DNA of 64,000 nt. Origin: Paramecium tetraurelia (taxonomy: Eukaryota). How positions within the stretch are numbered: the first letter of the stretch is position 1; every line of letters begins with the position of its first letter. Below are positions 24,907 to 38,898 of this stretch, piece after piece. Position numbers and translations under genes: made by a program. The notes below the pieces were generated by a model. The model was given only the letters and a program-made list of their open reading frames with translations, ran no database searches and had not been told where the DNA came from. The stretch is taken from positions 248,001-312,000 of the forward strand of contig CT868678.1 in NCBI GenBank assembly GCA_000165425.1, given 5' to 3'.

Positions 24907-25634
24907 ATGAAATCTGATTCCTAACATGATAATGGAACTTTATAATAATTGGGTCGTTTGAGAATACCAAAAGTACTCTTCTTACCAGGTGAACCAATGG
25001 CCAAGAAGAGAGTCTCCTCCCTTCCATCCAGTCCTGTGAAGGGTATTCCAAATTAAGCAGATGTCCAAGAGAAACTGAGAATACTTGAGGCGGAAAGGGA
25101 GGCAAAACAGAAGTTGCAAGAACAAGAAATGCTTGAAAGGGGCAAACGATGTTCATTCAATAGATAAGCTCACATCATAAACAAGTTGCATAATGTCGAA
25201 TAGTAGTTAGACAGGTGGAAGAAGACCAGACATAACATTGAATTGTAAGTCATTGTAGTTACAAAAAGCGTCAACAAAACCAAGATGAGTTAGATGTTTG
25301 AATCTCATTAAAAGACTGGACTCGAATTTCACCGTCCAATTTAGTAAAGAAATAAGAGTTATTCCGAATTTGAGCATAGAAGCAGTGGAGCCTAATTTAA
25401 TCCTGAGCTTTTTTAAAGAAAGAAGGACAGAGAGAGAGAACGATCTTAATTGGTAAATTAGACAAGATATCGAAATAATGTAAGTTAGGTATTGATAATC
25501 TAATATCTCAGATCGATAGGAATGTAAGAGTTATGCAGAAAAAGTATAGAACTGAAAAAAAGTGTTTTGCACTCAGAAAGCCCTTTTATAATATTAATGA
25601 TATTAAAAATTATTCTCACTTCTTATTATTTTGA
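24907..25634 (+). CDS. Basic, partly coiled-coil hypothetical protein
   Basis: MKSDSQHDNGTLQQLGRLRIPKVLFLPGEPMAKKRVSSLPSSP... with an intron at ~25480-25511. The 3' end is approximate. Confidence 0.55.
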
Positions 25635-26149
25635 TATTTTTAACTATTCCATATTAATAACAAATAGCTCTTGTTTTGTAAAATATGAGATCATTAAATT
25701 GTACTTATAATTTATTAATTTTATCCATATTCATTATGATATCTATAATTTATAGAATATATAGTTATGTAATCATCTAAATGTTATTTATTTAATCATT
25801 TGATAATACTAGTTATATTATAAAATAATTAGAAGAAATGATAAAATTATTTCATAAAGAATTCACTTAAATATTGAGATATCTAAGAATGATTAATCAA
25901 GCTAAACATTGCTGATATAGATAAGAGTAAAACAAAGATTTTATGATAACACAAAGTAGGGCATTATGTTTTATATTGGATCATAAGTCAAAAATACAAA
26001 TTATTGGCTTATTAAAACATTAGAATAGCTGATCTGAATCTTTGAAAAGAGAATTAATTAATGTAAATTTCTAGATCCTTATTTTTACTTTTATGTAGTA
26101 GATATAATTAAATTATACAGTTTATATTTATTATTGTTCTCGTTGTTTA

Positions 26150-26405
26150 GTAGGATAGGAATTTATTTTGGTTTAGGATTGATATTGAATAATCAATCTT
26201 GGGTAAATAATAATATGCTGTTGATTTGGCGATTAGATTAGAGTTTGAAGATATTTATATTGAGTAAGGGAGAGAATGTAGAGAATTGTATTTACTTATC
26301 AAAGGCAAGGGATGCATTTTGAAGAAAGTTCAAAGAGATATTTTAGAAGCTTAAAATCATGGACAAGTTAATTACACAGTTGATTACTAGATTTCCCAAT
26401 GAAGG
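26150..26405 (+). pseudogene. Possible decayed fragment of a cyclic-nucleotide-binding domain gene
   Basis: IYIEQGRECRELYLLIKGKGCILKK resembles CNB beta strands, but no intact gene surrounds it. Confidence 0.3.
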
Positions 26406-26651
26406 TAGTGAATATGCCTGTAGCTAGCACTCCTATATTTGAATATCATCCTTTCATGAATATATATATATAAAATTTATTAATTCGATGGAATAGTATT
26501 TGACATTCTGGATAGGTTATGTGATCATTTATCAGAATCATTTAGATTTGAATTCTAACTGAAGTTGACGACTACTGTGGATATTTTCAGAAATGAAACG
26601 TTTAATAATGAGTAGAGAACCAAAGTCTTACGTTTAATATGAAAATTTAAA

Positions 26652-27281
26652 ATGAATAATTTTTTATTTTTAATGGCATATCAGCTTGATTTGTCCCAAT
26701 CAAAATTTATTGTAGATGACACTCCTCAATTGAAGAGGGAACCTCCAGCGATATTCGCTAAGAAGGAGTCAACAGATTACTTTGATGTAAATTCTACGAT
26801 TTGTGAATGCAATGAGGAAATAGAACCTTATGCGTTTTAATTGAGATTCAAAGTTGAATTGAAGCAGGATCCAATTGTATAGACACAAGAAGAGAAGGAA
26901 CTTTGTAATATGGGTTCGAGCTTCGGAGTCAATGATGGTGATAAAAACAATAATTTCGATAATCCTATTGATCACGTCAATCAAAATACTCAAGGTCCTA
27001 AAGACAATAATCAAATTCTTGGAGAAAGTAAATAAAGTTTTAATCATATTCAAAAACGGAATGTGCTTGTATAAACTAACAAATTAATGCTCAAAAACCA
27101 ACAATAGTTATTTAAATATAACTAAAAATACGTCAATCATGCAGTTTATTAAGAAACTCTACTCAGTTTGAAGTAGAAATAAAGTCTGCAAAAATTCGTA
27201 AGTAAAAAGAATAACAAAAATCGATTATTGAATTTACTCATACCATTGATTTTATTTATAATACTAATTATGTGTTTATGA
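26652..27281 (+). CDS. Hypothetical tail-anchored membrane protein
   Basis: Open frame ending ...KNRLLNLLIPLILFIILIMCL*. The true start might be upstream (~26488). Confidence 0.6.
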
Positions 27282-27297
27282 TTAATATATAATTAGA

Positions 27298-27755
27298 TCA
27301 GAATCTTAATACTCTGTCTTGGACATACAACATTTCGTATCTGGTGTTGTAATCCATGTCACCTGAAGGTTTGCATGCCAAATCCCAATAAGAAGTATTA
27401 AACACCTATTGATTATCGATTGATTGATACTTAGCAAGGATCTCCCAATAAGAAAGTATTCCAAATTAAAATGTAAGCAAACAAAACCCAGCCACTTCTG
27501 TACATAAGATTCATGGCCATCACATGCATCTTATAAGTATAACTGTGATCCTCTTCCATTCCGATGCTATCTCCTGCTTATCTTAACACCAATGTCTTGA
27601 ACAGCCCTCTTTCATAATTGTGATTCAATATCTTACTATCTACCAATTCCATGATAATATCCTGTCTAGTAAGTTGCTAACAATTTTGGATCATATCTAT
27701 TGATGTACTAATAGTAAGCATGCTTTGAACATGTCTTATAAAATCTCTTCTCCAT
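27298..27755 (-). CDS. Small single-TM protein (~134 aa), possibly mitochondrial inner membrane
   Basis: Introns of 28 and 25 nt give MEKRFYKTCSKHAYYQYINRYDPKLLATYQTGYYHGIGRQGLFKTLV...RSGWVLFAYILIWNTFLLGDPCQVFNTSYWDLACKPSGDMDYNTRYEMLYVQDRVLRF*. Confidence 0.65.
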
Positions 27756-27815
27756 TTTTATTAATATATATGAAATCCCCCCTTTCAATAATTATTTATG
27801 TACTCAACACAATAG

Positions 27816-30800
27816 ATGTCTAAATTTCCCAGTACCTACTCTAATCATTACAATGCCAGTACAAGACGATATGTCTCCAGTGCCAAGACTTCCCCAATGA
27901 CTGGACCTCTCCAAAAATTAATTGAAACCGACAATGACACTTATTCAAAGAGAGACAAGAATCCACAAGTACTTATATCTTTGAATTCTTTAGCATCTTC
28001 TCTAGGAAATGCTCAACACCAATAACACAAACAAAATCTAGAAATTGATATCTTCAATTAGCCAACATGATTTCAACATAGATAATCTGTCCCAACAAGA
28101 ACTACTTAACCTAATCCTGAAAGTATATCAACTCAATCTCTATGATGAAATCAATTTCATTAACCTCCTTTATGAAGCATATACAGATAAACAACACAAA
28201 GATGTTCTGAAATATCTAATATTGCACTGCCACGAATAACTTATTGGGAAATCAGGAAATGCAACAAGACTCTTAGAGATATTCTAAGAGATGCTATCCT
28301 TAAATCCCGATTTTACTTCATTTTAATTGGAGTACCAATTAGATTCAATTCCAGTTTCATTCAATCGTATTCAATTACGTTGTATGCTCCTCCTTAATCA
28401 ATATGATGTCTTGCGTTCTTTAAAAGGAGCGGTAGTCTTATTCGAGCAATTGGAAGGCTTTATATTCCAATAATTTAAGTCAAATGCCATACCAACTCAA
28501 AATGATATCAGTACACTTGTCATCGCATATATATTATTGAGTGAACAATTAGAGTTGTCCTCTCGCCTTGGTATGAGTAAACAAGCATTAGAGATTATGG
28601 GAAAACAATCCGATTCATCAATTACTGATCTCAAAAGAAAATTTATATATAATGCATCAAAATTGTCCTAAAAATACCTAGGCCAAATGATTTTTGATTA
28701 GATCAATGGATTACATAGAAAGATGAGTCCTGATCTGAATCGATCCTAATCAGTTTCTTAGGATACAGTTCTGCATTAGTTTCTTATAGATTCTCTTGAT
28801 ATGCTCTACCTCAAAAATTATAAGGACATGTTTGATATTGATCGTGTAAGTACTAATCTAATATCTTCCCCCTACATTTTTACACTGATGGAAAAGTAAG
28901 ACAGTATTTAGTTATAATTTTAGAATCTTACCAGAGAGCAAGAAGAAAGATAAAGGGTTATCAATACTAAGTGACGATTAAATGAGACCAAGTTCAGGCA
29001 AACAGTTTTAAATTAAGCAAATTAAAAATGATCTTAATAGTCCTAATCAAACCAGATTCAAATAATAAAATTTCAATGTACTTTCCAATAACAATTCCTA
29101 AACCCAAATACCTGCAAGCTCAGCCAGTAAACCTACTACTAATAGGCCTCCTTTGAATCAATAATTATCGTCTGGATCATTGCATTCGTCTGGTAAGGTT
29201 AATCAATTTGATTCCCAAGAGTTTGAGATCATCTAAAACAAATTAGTAGTACAATAAAGAGAATTGGATGAATTAAAATAATTATACACTAAATCATCAG
29301 CCAGTAAAAAGTAGGAGCCTGAAAATAATCAATTAGCTGAACAATTAAAGAAAAAAATAGATTTATTAGAGAATAATCTATTTTAAATCAAAAATGAAAA
29401 TACAACCAATAAAAAAGAAAAAGAATAAAAACAAACTGAAGTCATTGAATTAAAGACTTAGTTACAAGATTTGATTACTAAACAAACCTAATTAGAGAAA
29501 CTATTACAATCGTAATCTCAACAATAATAAATGATTATATATCAATAAAACCTATTGTAGTAATAGGCTGCTTAAACAACACAGACCTTAATTCAATAAT
29601 AATCTAAGTCCACCATTTAAACACCCACTATGAATATTCAAATACCACCAAAGGAGAATTAAAAAGATTAACGAATCCTTAATCAAACACCTGATGACGA
29701 TTTCATTTAGATGGATGAGACGACACCCTACATATATAAGTAGAATCAAAGTTACATCATACAATTACTTGAGTTACTGGATGTAAATGTGACCTTTTCT
29801 AAAATGTATACTAAGTATTAATCAACATCTCAAGATGAAAACAATCAATGGAATAGCGAAATTTAGAATGTTGCCAATTATAGAGTCGAAGCCTCTGTAA
29901 TTGAAACCAAAGATGAAGGTAAATCTATTCTACTTCGAGCATTCGACGATAAGAATGCTATGATGTGTTAAGAATACATAAATTTGGAACTCCTGAAAGG
30001 CTTAATTACATATGTAGATTTCTAAGAAATGCTACCAACCAATCAACCTAGTGTTAACACTACTCATCAATTCTTTAAATTCTTGGTGCTACCATATACA
30101 GCTGTTGTTCCAGATGAAATAACACAAGAGATGAAATTACAATTCTGGCCAAAACCATATGGATTGTTAAATGGATTGACATTGAGAGTAGATTTCATGG
30201 ACAGAAATTGTCTGATTTACATACATCACATTGAAACTGATTAATTCAGAATTTCAATTTGTGATCCTAATAGTAAGGATACCTTGAGATTAGACTTAGA
30301 AATGGATTATTCAACCATAGATGCTTTCTTTAAAGATGCAAAATCTATCAAAGATCAATATGCATTCTTTAGTAAGACTACTATGTTAAAAATGACTGAA
30401 AAGACTCCTAAATTTGGGGATGATGATGTAGCTGAAGCATTGCAGGAGAGACATTTTGATAAAAGCAAAATTAAATAATTGTAGCAATCATTATCACTAA
30501 ATCAAACATATATGACTGAGAACATGAATTTCAAGAGTCCTTTTGAATTTCTTAAGTATTTAAAGGCCATAGTTACGTTTTTTGAGTAATTCCTGAAATA
30601 ATTAGGGATTTCATTTTCTAATTCTTTATTTGGATAGAAATATTTCAGATGTAAAAGTTGGAATACTGGAACCAAAAATCAACTCTAAATCGTAGTGGAT
30701 AATTAAGATCAATAGGTTGTTTAAGTGAGTCTATAAAATTGTTTTGAGACATTTGGACCAAATAAAACTAAAATAAGAGCACAAGGGTAAACTACTCTCC

Positions 30801-31437
30801 CATATTCATCAATACAAAGAGAATTCTCAGTTAAGTATGACAAATTAGCAGCAGAAGAGAAGACAGCCATATTTTAACAACTCTTATATTCATTCAATCT
30901 CAATGTTTTTGAGAAAGTCTGTGAACAAAGTCCAGAACAATTTGATAAAAACCCCATCATTCAAAATTCATATGATTGCGGTTCTTATAAAAGGTATTCA
31001 TATATCTAAACTAATTAGAATGATATTGTATGATAATTCCAAAATATCTGTGGTTACTATTTAAGTGATAGGAGCTAATAGAAGGATGTGCGGAGTTAAG
31101 TTCTCAGTTTTCAATGTGGAGACATCCCAAGAAATAGGTGTTTATCTGCCAACATCATAAGGGGAATGGGACTTGAGATCCTTGGATAAATAAAAGATTA
31201 AATCATCTGTAGAGAATGTCCCATTTGCAGAGTTTTTCCTTACCCAAATTCTCAAATGTCCAATTACAACTTAAGTAACACTTCTTATAATACTAGATTT
31301 TGTTTAAGAAAATATTGAAGGCTGATAGTAAAGGTAATCAGATTAATAGTAGTGAGATCAACAATCGAAAAGCCTTCATAGAGAGAGTGGATAATCTAAT
31401 TACATGGTAAGAAGTATTGGCTGTTGCTTAAAACTGA
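27816..31437 (+). CDS. Large hypothetical protein (~1150 aa): helical N-terminus, Q-rich coiled-coil middle, globular C-terminus
   Basis: Long frame under ciliate code that links several ORF-track fragments (27816, 28045, 30029, 30284), with small introns. Confidence 0.7.
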
Positions 31438-31741
31438 TTTTGTTACAATACTTCTGAGTTATTATATATAATTGTATTTTTGATAGAAATTTATGAGATA
31501 ATAAATTAACCAAATCTTGAAATACAGTTTATTATATTCTTTCAATAAGATAATTTATTAATTTTATCTTTCCATTAAAGTAGAATGATAGATGAAATTT
31601 GGTGCAGCATATCTTTCATCGTTTCAATGTAATTGTATTTTGATGATAGTTGATAAGATCAAATGAATAATAATATTAAATGCTTAACAAGAATTAGATA
31701 ATACAAATAAATGTGAATATTTAATTAATATACAAATCTGA

Positions 31742-33665
31742 ATGCTATTTATTTTATTGGTTGGACTAAGTTGTATAGTAGCAAGAGATGCTGATTTGAT
31801 CGAAACGGAGATAGCTTAATTAGAGCATTTAATTTAACTGCAGACTGAGAAATTGCATTACTTAAAGGAATTAAGGGAGATTTCAATAAACAATTAACAA
31901 AATATTCCTGTATTAATGATTAATATTGGAGTAGTAAATCGATTAACAAGTACTCTAAGAAGTTGTATAAAAGAAGCCTTACAAGACTTAGAGTAACGAT
32001 AAACAGAATTTAAATAAGGAGAGATCATTCACAAATAGAATGCTTAAGAAATATTAATTTAATATTACAAATTCCATTTTGGACGCATCCTTGATTCAAA
32101 CGTAATGGCATATCTATATTTATAGTTTCTAATACAAATCTACAACAACTGACAATTCCTTCACCCAAATGCTGTATGTTGTTACAAACACAAAGGAAAT
32201 TGAGATTTATGATCTATCCAATTCAATGATTGTCAATGCCTAATTGGGTATTATATACTACCATATTAGATTTCTAACCTCAATACGTGTCGATTAGTAA
32301 TCGTGCAGATGATCCTATTTTGGCGTTGGCAAGTAATCATTGAGCATATACATTTTTAGATAAAGATGGCTAATTCGCCTTGTATAAAATCGAGAATTCC
32401 AGAATGGCTATAGAATCACAGGATTCCTAAAAACCCAAAACTAAATTAGTTATTTAATTGAATAAGGAATTTGAAATGAATATTGAGAACTAACAAATCA
32501 CATCCATGATATACGCTATGGTTAAAGGCACAAAATACATTCTATTTGGTTCTAGCAGTGGAAGTGTTTAGTATTGAAATGATATTATATTAGTGCTTAC
32601 ACTCGTAATGGTACATTAGTAGGAGAGAGGAATTTCAATAGTCCCATCATACAAGTGATCAAATCATATCCGAACATGTTATATTTAACATCTACTGGAT
32701 TTGGATACATCAATCCTGTCAACTTGGAGATAGTGCAACCAATTTGCGACAATGTACATATAGATATTATAATGAAAGTTGCCGTTTTAAATTGTTCATT
32801 TGACACTGGATATTCAATAAACCAATATTGTTTATGCTCTATCTGATTTAGGTGAGGTATATGTGTTTGAAATCAAACAAAACGAGTAATGCAAAATGAA
32901 GTTGAAATTAGTGAACAATCAATAATCTTAGGTGATATTGAACAATGCCAAATTATATAGTTTAAGACACTATCTTATAGTTTATGATTAGGACACAAGA
33001 GAATCATTGTTATATAATACCACTGATGTGTTGACAGAAGTGGATTATGACTAGCCTTTTAATCTTGAACTCTTCAAATAGATCAAAGGTCAATAAGTTG
33101 TATTACAATCTATCAAAGGAAATGGTGCATCTCATTATTTGTTGACCAGGGAAGTATAGGATGATCATGAATTGATCAGTTATTATGAGATAACTATGCC
33201 TTAGAAGAAGGATACAGACATCTTCTCCAATTTCAGATTCCCCATCATCATCATTGCAATTGTTATTGTGCTCTTGTATCAATTCTGGTTCAAAGGCAAG
33301 AAGAAGGATAAGAAAGACAAGGGATCCAAGAAGAAAATAAGAGGTGAAGACGAGGAGATTGAACAAATCCTTAATTAGGCTAAGAAACCTTTGACTGGTC
33401 CTGCTGGAGGGGCTTCCGCAATTAATAATAGATCTCCAACCAGATCAGAAGTGCAGAATGGATAGAAACAAGTCAGATTCGATGAAAATCTGAAGAGAGC
33501 TGACAAATTCAAGGAACAACTTGAAAATTTAGATTAAAAAACCAAATTACTTAATGAGAGAGTGGGAGTCACAAATAATATTGAGGCCTAGAGACAAAGT
33601 AATTATTTCTATTATAGTTAGAGTTGGCATAACAAGCATTACTGTAGAAAAATAAATATGTATGA
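31742..33665 (+). CDS. Type I membrane protein: signal peptide, coiled coil, beta-rich ectodomain, TM, basic tail
   Basis: MLFILLVGLSCIVA..., TM RFPIIIIAIVIVLLYQFWF, then KGKKKDKKDK. Confidence 0.65.
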
Positions 33666-33687
33666 TAAATCATAAAAATAAGATCAA

Positions 33688-34316
33688 TCATTCTTACTGT
33701 TTCTCAACAGGTATTATTGTATTGTATAATGTATCATAATATTACTGAAGTTGTTTCATGAATCCTGTGTTCGGTTAAGCTATTGGTCTTTTAGTTTTTA
33801 CTAATTCCAAAGCATCATTAACAGTCATTTTGTGATTCTTGATTAAGTAGGCAATAATGAACGTAGTTGATCTCGATTTTCCAGCAAAACTGAATATTTA
33901 TCAGAAATACCAATGAACAAGGATGTTTTATTGAGTGTTTACAGCATTTTCAATAAATGCATTAGACTCATCAAATTTTGATTTTATGTCCTGATCTACG
34001 CTATCGTTGATGTTGATGATCAGAGATGCGAAATCTTTAGAAAATGGCGCCTATGGCATCTCACAAGCAGACAGAATAAATTTAATGTTTGCTATGAATA
34101 TTATCTTGCAGATTTACATTCCAAAAGCTTCTTTTTATTTAATGCACATCCCAAACAGCCCAAGTAGAGATTGGGAATGATCTCAATAGGAATACTATCC
34201 TCCTTCAATTGTCTCATTATTAAAAAGATCTTTATCTTGTCCATCAAATTCTAAACTGAAATATTATGAGACATCTCATTTTCTTTTTTCTCTTATGTTT
34301 CCTCTGCTTATTACAT
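33688..34316 (-). CDS. Dual-specificity protein phosphatase
   Basis: [19 protein letters not shown] (the motif is split by an intron), plus [14 protein letters not shown] and IIPNLYLG. Confidence 0.92.
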
Positions 34317-34344
34317 AATTTATATATATAAATATTAATAATTA

Positions 34345-34988
34345 ATGGAAAACTTGGATCAGTATACAAACGCAGATGATCGCAATCTCCAACTCTCCTA
34401 ATTAGTTTTGTAATAGAAAAGGGAAAAAATTGTGTTATAGAAGAAGATCCACGCTCTGGAAAAATAAAATAAGTATTTATCCATTTGATTAGAAACTTGT
34501 CTCAACAAATGGAATCCTAAAAAAAAGAAAAAAAAGATCAAGAAAGTAAAATTAAGTAACTTCAAGAATACAAAGCTAAACAAGACTCTGTGACTGCCAA
34601 ATTAAATGGATTAATGTAACTCATCAATTATAATGAAGAAAAAAGTTGCTTCAAAGAGATGATGAGTCCCAACTACATGATCATTCATTAAGTGCTCCTA
34701 AAACTGATGCAAAATCTTAAAAACAAGACAATTACGAAAGGAAAAAAAAAGATAAAGAGTAATCTTATCAATAAATTCTCTAGATATCTAGAAGAACAAT
34801 AAAAATTGGATCTTAATGAACAAATTATTGCTCAATATAAAAAACAATAGCTTAAAGATCATTCAATTTCTAGCAAACTCCCACCAATTGAAGATACAAA
34901 GAATAAACCAATTATAGTCTAAGTTCCAAAAAGCTAATTAAAGAAAATTAACCCTTAATATTTAATTGAACAATTGCAGAAGGAATGA
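34345..34988 (+). CDS. Coiled-coil hypothetical protein
   Basis: MENLDQYTNADDRNLQLSQLVLQQKREKIVLQKKIHALEKQNKYL... closes at TGA 34986. Confidence 0.55.
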
Positions 34989-34999
34989 TATTATACAAA

Positions 35000-35880
35000 T
35001 CAATCTATTTTTTGTTAATTGTTTCTATAAAACTAGAACATTTCCTCTTCGATGGGATGCAATTCCTTAGCACATATTACAAACGAATGTAAAGGTGGTC
35101 CCATTTCTATATCCAAGAATTCATGTAAAAACCCAGAAACAATCTAAATATTTAACAAAATTTACTTTTTATGTTTCAAACCCTACTCTTGCAACTCCAA
35201 AACACTTTGTTTTTTCATCAATTGCATTTAACCCCAATTATTTATCTGATTCTATAATTTATTCTACTGCTATTTGTGTACTCATAAATCTAGGGGCTTC
35301 ATAAATTTTCTTGCCTCTTGCTAAATTTTCTTCTGAAATTTCCTTCACTTTTATATCCAAAAGGACTAAAGTATGTAAATTATGATCTAAATTAGCCTTG
35401 ATTTTTGGATAAAAACTGTAGGGTTTCCATTTCTCAGTGAAAAATGGTACAGACACTGTTTCTCCAAATCTATAAACTTATAACCCTGTGCAACCGATAG
35501 CATTAATAATGGATGCATTATGGATCACTTCTACTTTGATTCCCAACTTTATTGCTCTTAAGAATAGATCTGTATGTGTAGTGGCACAAAAAGGATCACC
35601 TACAACTAAGAACGCATAATTATTTTGAGGATCTTTTGACACATTTTCAAGTATTTAATCTATTCCAGTTTCACAGCACTCTCTATCTGCTTCAATAACT
35701 TCTTTTCCATAAAATTCTTATAGTTATAATTTATTAATTCCTAGTATAGATGTGTAACTTTCTAAATAGATCTCCTTGCATGTTTTTACAGCCTAATTAA
35801 AATTAATAGTCTACTTCAAATCCTTTAACCGTAATATCTCGATGATCACCAAGTCCTAAACCGATTATAAAAAAAACCAT
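35000..35880 (-). CDS. DPH5: Diphthine methyl ester synthase
   Basis: [80 protein letters not shown] and GPPLHSFVI motifs. Confidence 0.95.
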
Positions 35881-35913
35881 TAATTAATATTTATACAAAA
35901 ATATTACTATATT

Positions 35914-36979
35914 TCAATATTATTATTATCTTCTTACATTATTTTGCTAGATTGAAGTTGTTTTCTCAGTTGTGGTTATCGTTTTCTATTTCTTCAAAGA
36001 ATCCAATTCTGCTTAGGCCATCATGCATTGTTCTTATGCGGTGTGATAATCTTGATTGGCTTTCATGAATTTGTCTTTCCACACATTAGCCTCATTGGAA
36101 TAATATTTCAATTTTTCAGTTGTTGACTAGAATTCTCTCATTTCAGATTCCAATTCTCTTATCATTTGCTTATATTATCCAATTTCTTATTCTTTATTTC
36201 TAATATATAACATAATATAAATACTAGATGAATCTATTCTAATTTTGCATTTCCATGGCTTATTAATTTATAGCTCCTTCTAATTTTAATATTTGTCTTT
36301 CCTTATCTGCCAATGCATCTCTTAACTATCTTACCTCATCGCCTCCTTGTAATAATTACTAATATTCTAATTGCAATTTCTGATATCTCTATCTCCACGA
36401 ATCGATTTCACTCTATTAATTTTGTATTTCTTTTCTTAATCCATCTTCAATATCTTTCATCATCCTAATCTTGGCTTCCAATTCCCTGACTTAAAACTCT
36501 TCATTTGAAGTGACCTTTAATTCTTGACCTTGATTTTTATATCGAGCCAATTCAGTTTATAAGTCATAGATCTTAACTTCTAATTCTACACATTTCTTTT
36601 TCCAAGGTTCTTCAACATCCTCAACTGAAAGCACTTGCATCTCTCTTTCCACATGATATAATTCGTTAATTTCAGGTTATTAAGGAGGTGGAGTAGCCAA
36701 TTATTATGGTTGGACTTATTAAGGAGAGCTTTATTAATACTGATATTAGGGGATCTTGTACTCATGTGTATGATGCCTACAATCTTTTCATTCAGTTTAC
36801 ATGTGATGAGTCTATAGTGTCTTAACCTATTGATTCTGAATATACTAATTCTGAAATCCTTATTAAGTGTAAATGGATGGTCCAGAGGGAACCTTAACTG
36901 GAGATGAATAAGGTTGGAAAGGAGATCTTTGAATTCCACTTGGTCCCAACATTACGGGTTGCACTTGTTATGGATACAT
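35914..36979 (-). CDS. Protein with a Pro/Gln-rich N-terminus and a coiled-coil C-terminus
   Basis: MYPQQVQPVMLGPSGIQRSPFQPYSSP... followed by long heptad-like E/K/Q/L segments. Confidence 0.65.
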
Positions 36980-37024
36980 ATTTTAATATAAATAAAATAA
37001 TCCTAGTATTCTTTATGGAATAGT

Positions 37025-38166
37025 TCATTTATACAACAACTTTCCTTTTTTGATGATCATCCTGTCTTTAGTAGAAAAGCTTCGTTTCTTATCAATTTAG
37101 TGTAAAATATCCTGATATTCGGTCTAGATTGTAGTAGGTTCCAACAATTATGCAACATGAGAAGTTGGAAATAGTTTCTGATGTAAAGTTTGTAACAGTT
37201 TCTCATTCATTAATACCAATTCTAAGACTTTGAATTTATCCTCTTTTCTAAAAACATTAAAATCCGAAAATTTATTATCAACTTGTGCATTCTAACGACG
37301 GCGCATAATATCTTTTCGAACTTACTTCTTTATTTAGTATTCAATACCTCAACACAATCAATAAAAAACTCTTCATACTCACTCCTTGTTGCAAATGCTT
37401 TAGTCGACTAACAGATTGCTTAATTCATTTTCTAACGTAATAATTGAATCTACTTGGTCTAGGAGTTTTCAATAAATGAAACATACTAGGCTATTTCATT
37501 TATGATTTAATTCTAATCATCGTTGGATACTCTATCAAAAATATCTTATAATTATTTCAGATGTTTTGGCTGTGCTTAGCCTGACATAATTCTTTTTGGC
37601 CTAGGCTAAGTGCAAAATAATTATTATTCTTTGATCTATTCTGCTTACTCTGTAACAACACTCGTTGTATGTCTTATAACTTCGTATTTCTTATTCTTTC
37701 TCATCAATTATTTTATTTATTCTTCAAGGAACTCATTTTCTTTTTGGACCTCCTGCAATCTAAATTTCAATTCAAAGATATCTTTGTTTTTTACTTCGAT
37801 CTTAGTATAGAGTTTAACACTCTCTTCTCTGAACCACTCTAATTATTACTCCATATTTTGAATGCGCTTGTTATCTTTGTAATATCTCTCCATCTCCACA
37901 CTCTTCTCCTTTAAATACTTCAAGTCTTCCTTCACCTATCTCATATAACCATTATATGCTATAACGAATTCAGAAAGAGCCCTCTCCTTCACCATAGTTA
38001 CTTTGGATTCCAGCATATCTAAATAGTTTTCCACTTGGTTTTTTAAGTCGTTAATCCTTGTGAGTTTGTGAGGGGATGATGCCTAGGATTGTACATCTTC
38101 GTAATTCTTTCCTGAAATAAATGATTTATGAGAATTTCTAATAGCAAAACTTTCACTATCGAACAT
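37025..38166 (-). CDS. Coiled-coil hypothetical protein
   Basis: MFDSESFAIRNSHKSFISGK... followed by heptads and EYEEFFIDCVEVL. Confidence 0.6.
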
Positions 38167-38176
38167 AAATTAATTA

Positions 38177-38885
38177 ATGAATAAATAGATCAGAGACAAA
38201 GAAAACAAACCACTTATTGACAATGCCAGATTCAAAAGAATAGGCACTACTGATAGAACTGCATCGCCTATAAATCAAATATTATCTAAAATGAGAAAAT
38301 AACAATCCCCCCATTTATCTGCCAGAACTCCAAAGGAATGTTAGAGTAGAATATCTAATGATTGTGAACAATAACTGCAATTTGATGCTATTTTAGAGAT
38401 GGAAGAGAGAAAACGTAAAATTAGAAAATTTAAATAATGCTTAACTGAAAATATTGAAAAATTAAAAGAATTTGATGCTATCACTCAACAACTTCTATGC
38501 TTTGAGGATTGCCTGACTTAAATTCTAAAAAATATTAAGCAAATCAAAGTAAGAGATTGATTCTTAATACTAGAGTGAAATTTCAGAATAGATTAAGTAG
38601 CAACAAATCAATTAAAAAATCAACATCCATCAAATAAAGGAGTCGATAAAGTAGATGTCTGAAGACATTTCATTGAATGAATTTAATATTATAAAGGAAA
38701 TGCAAATGAAACCCTTTAATAACATAATGTCTCATTACATGAATAAATGTGAAGGGCATTTGGATAAAATTGAGAATATGATCAGCACAGCTAAATCCTA
38801 ACTAGAATTCAAGGAAATGTGTAGATAAATTGAATAGAAACTATTGACTTTAAGAAATTAATCTCCGCATTTTAAGGAGGTATGA
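38177..38885 (+). CDS. Coiled-coil hypothetical protein
   Basis: MNKQIRDKENKPLIDNARFKRIGTTDRTASP... with an intron at ~38549-38573. Confidence 0.6.
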
Positions 38886-38898
38886 ATATTGATTGTAA

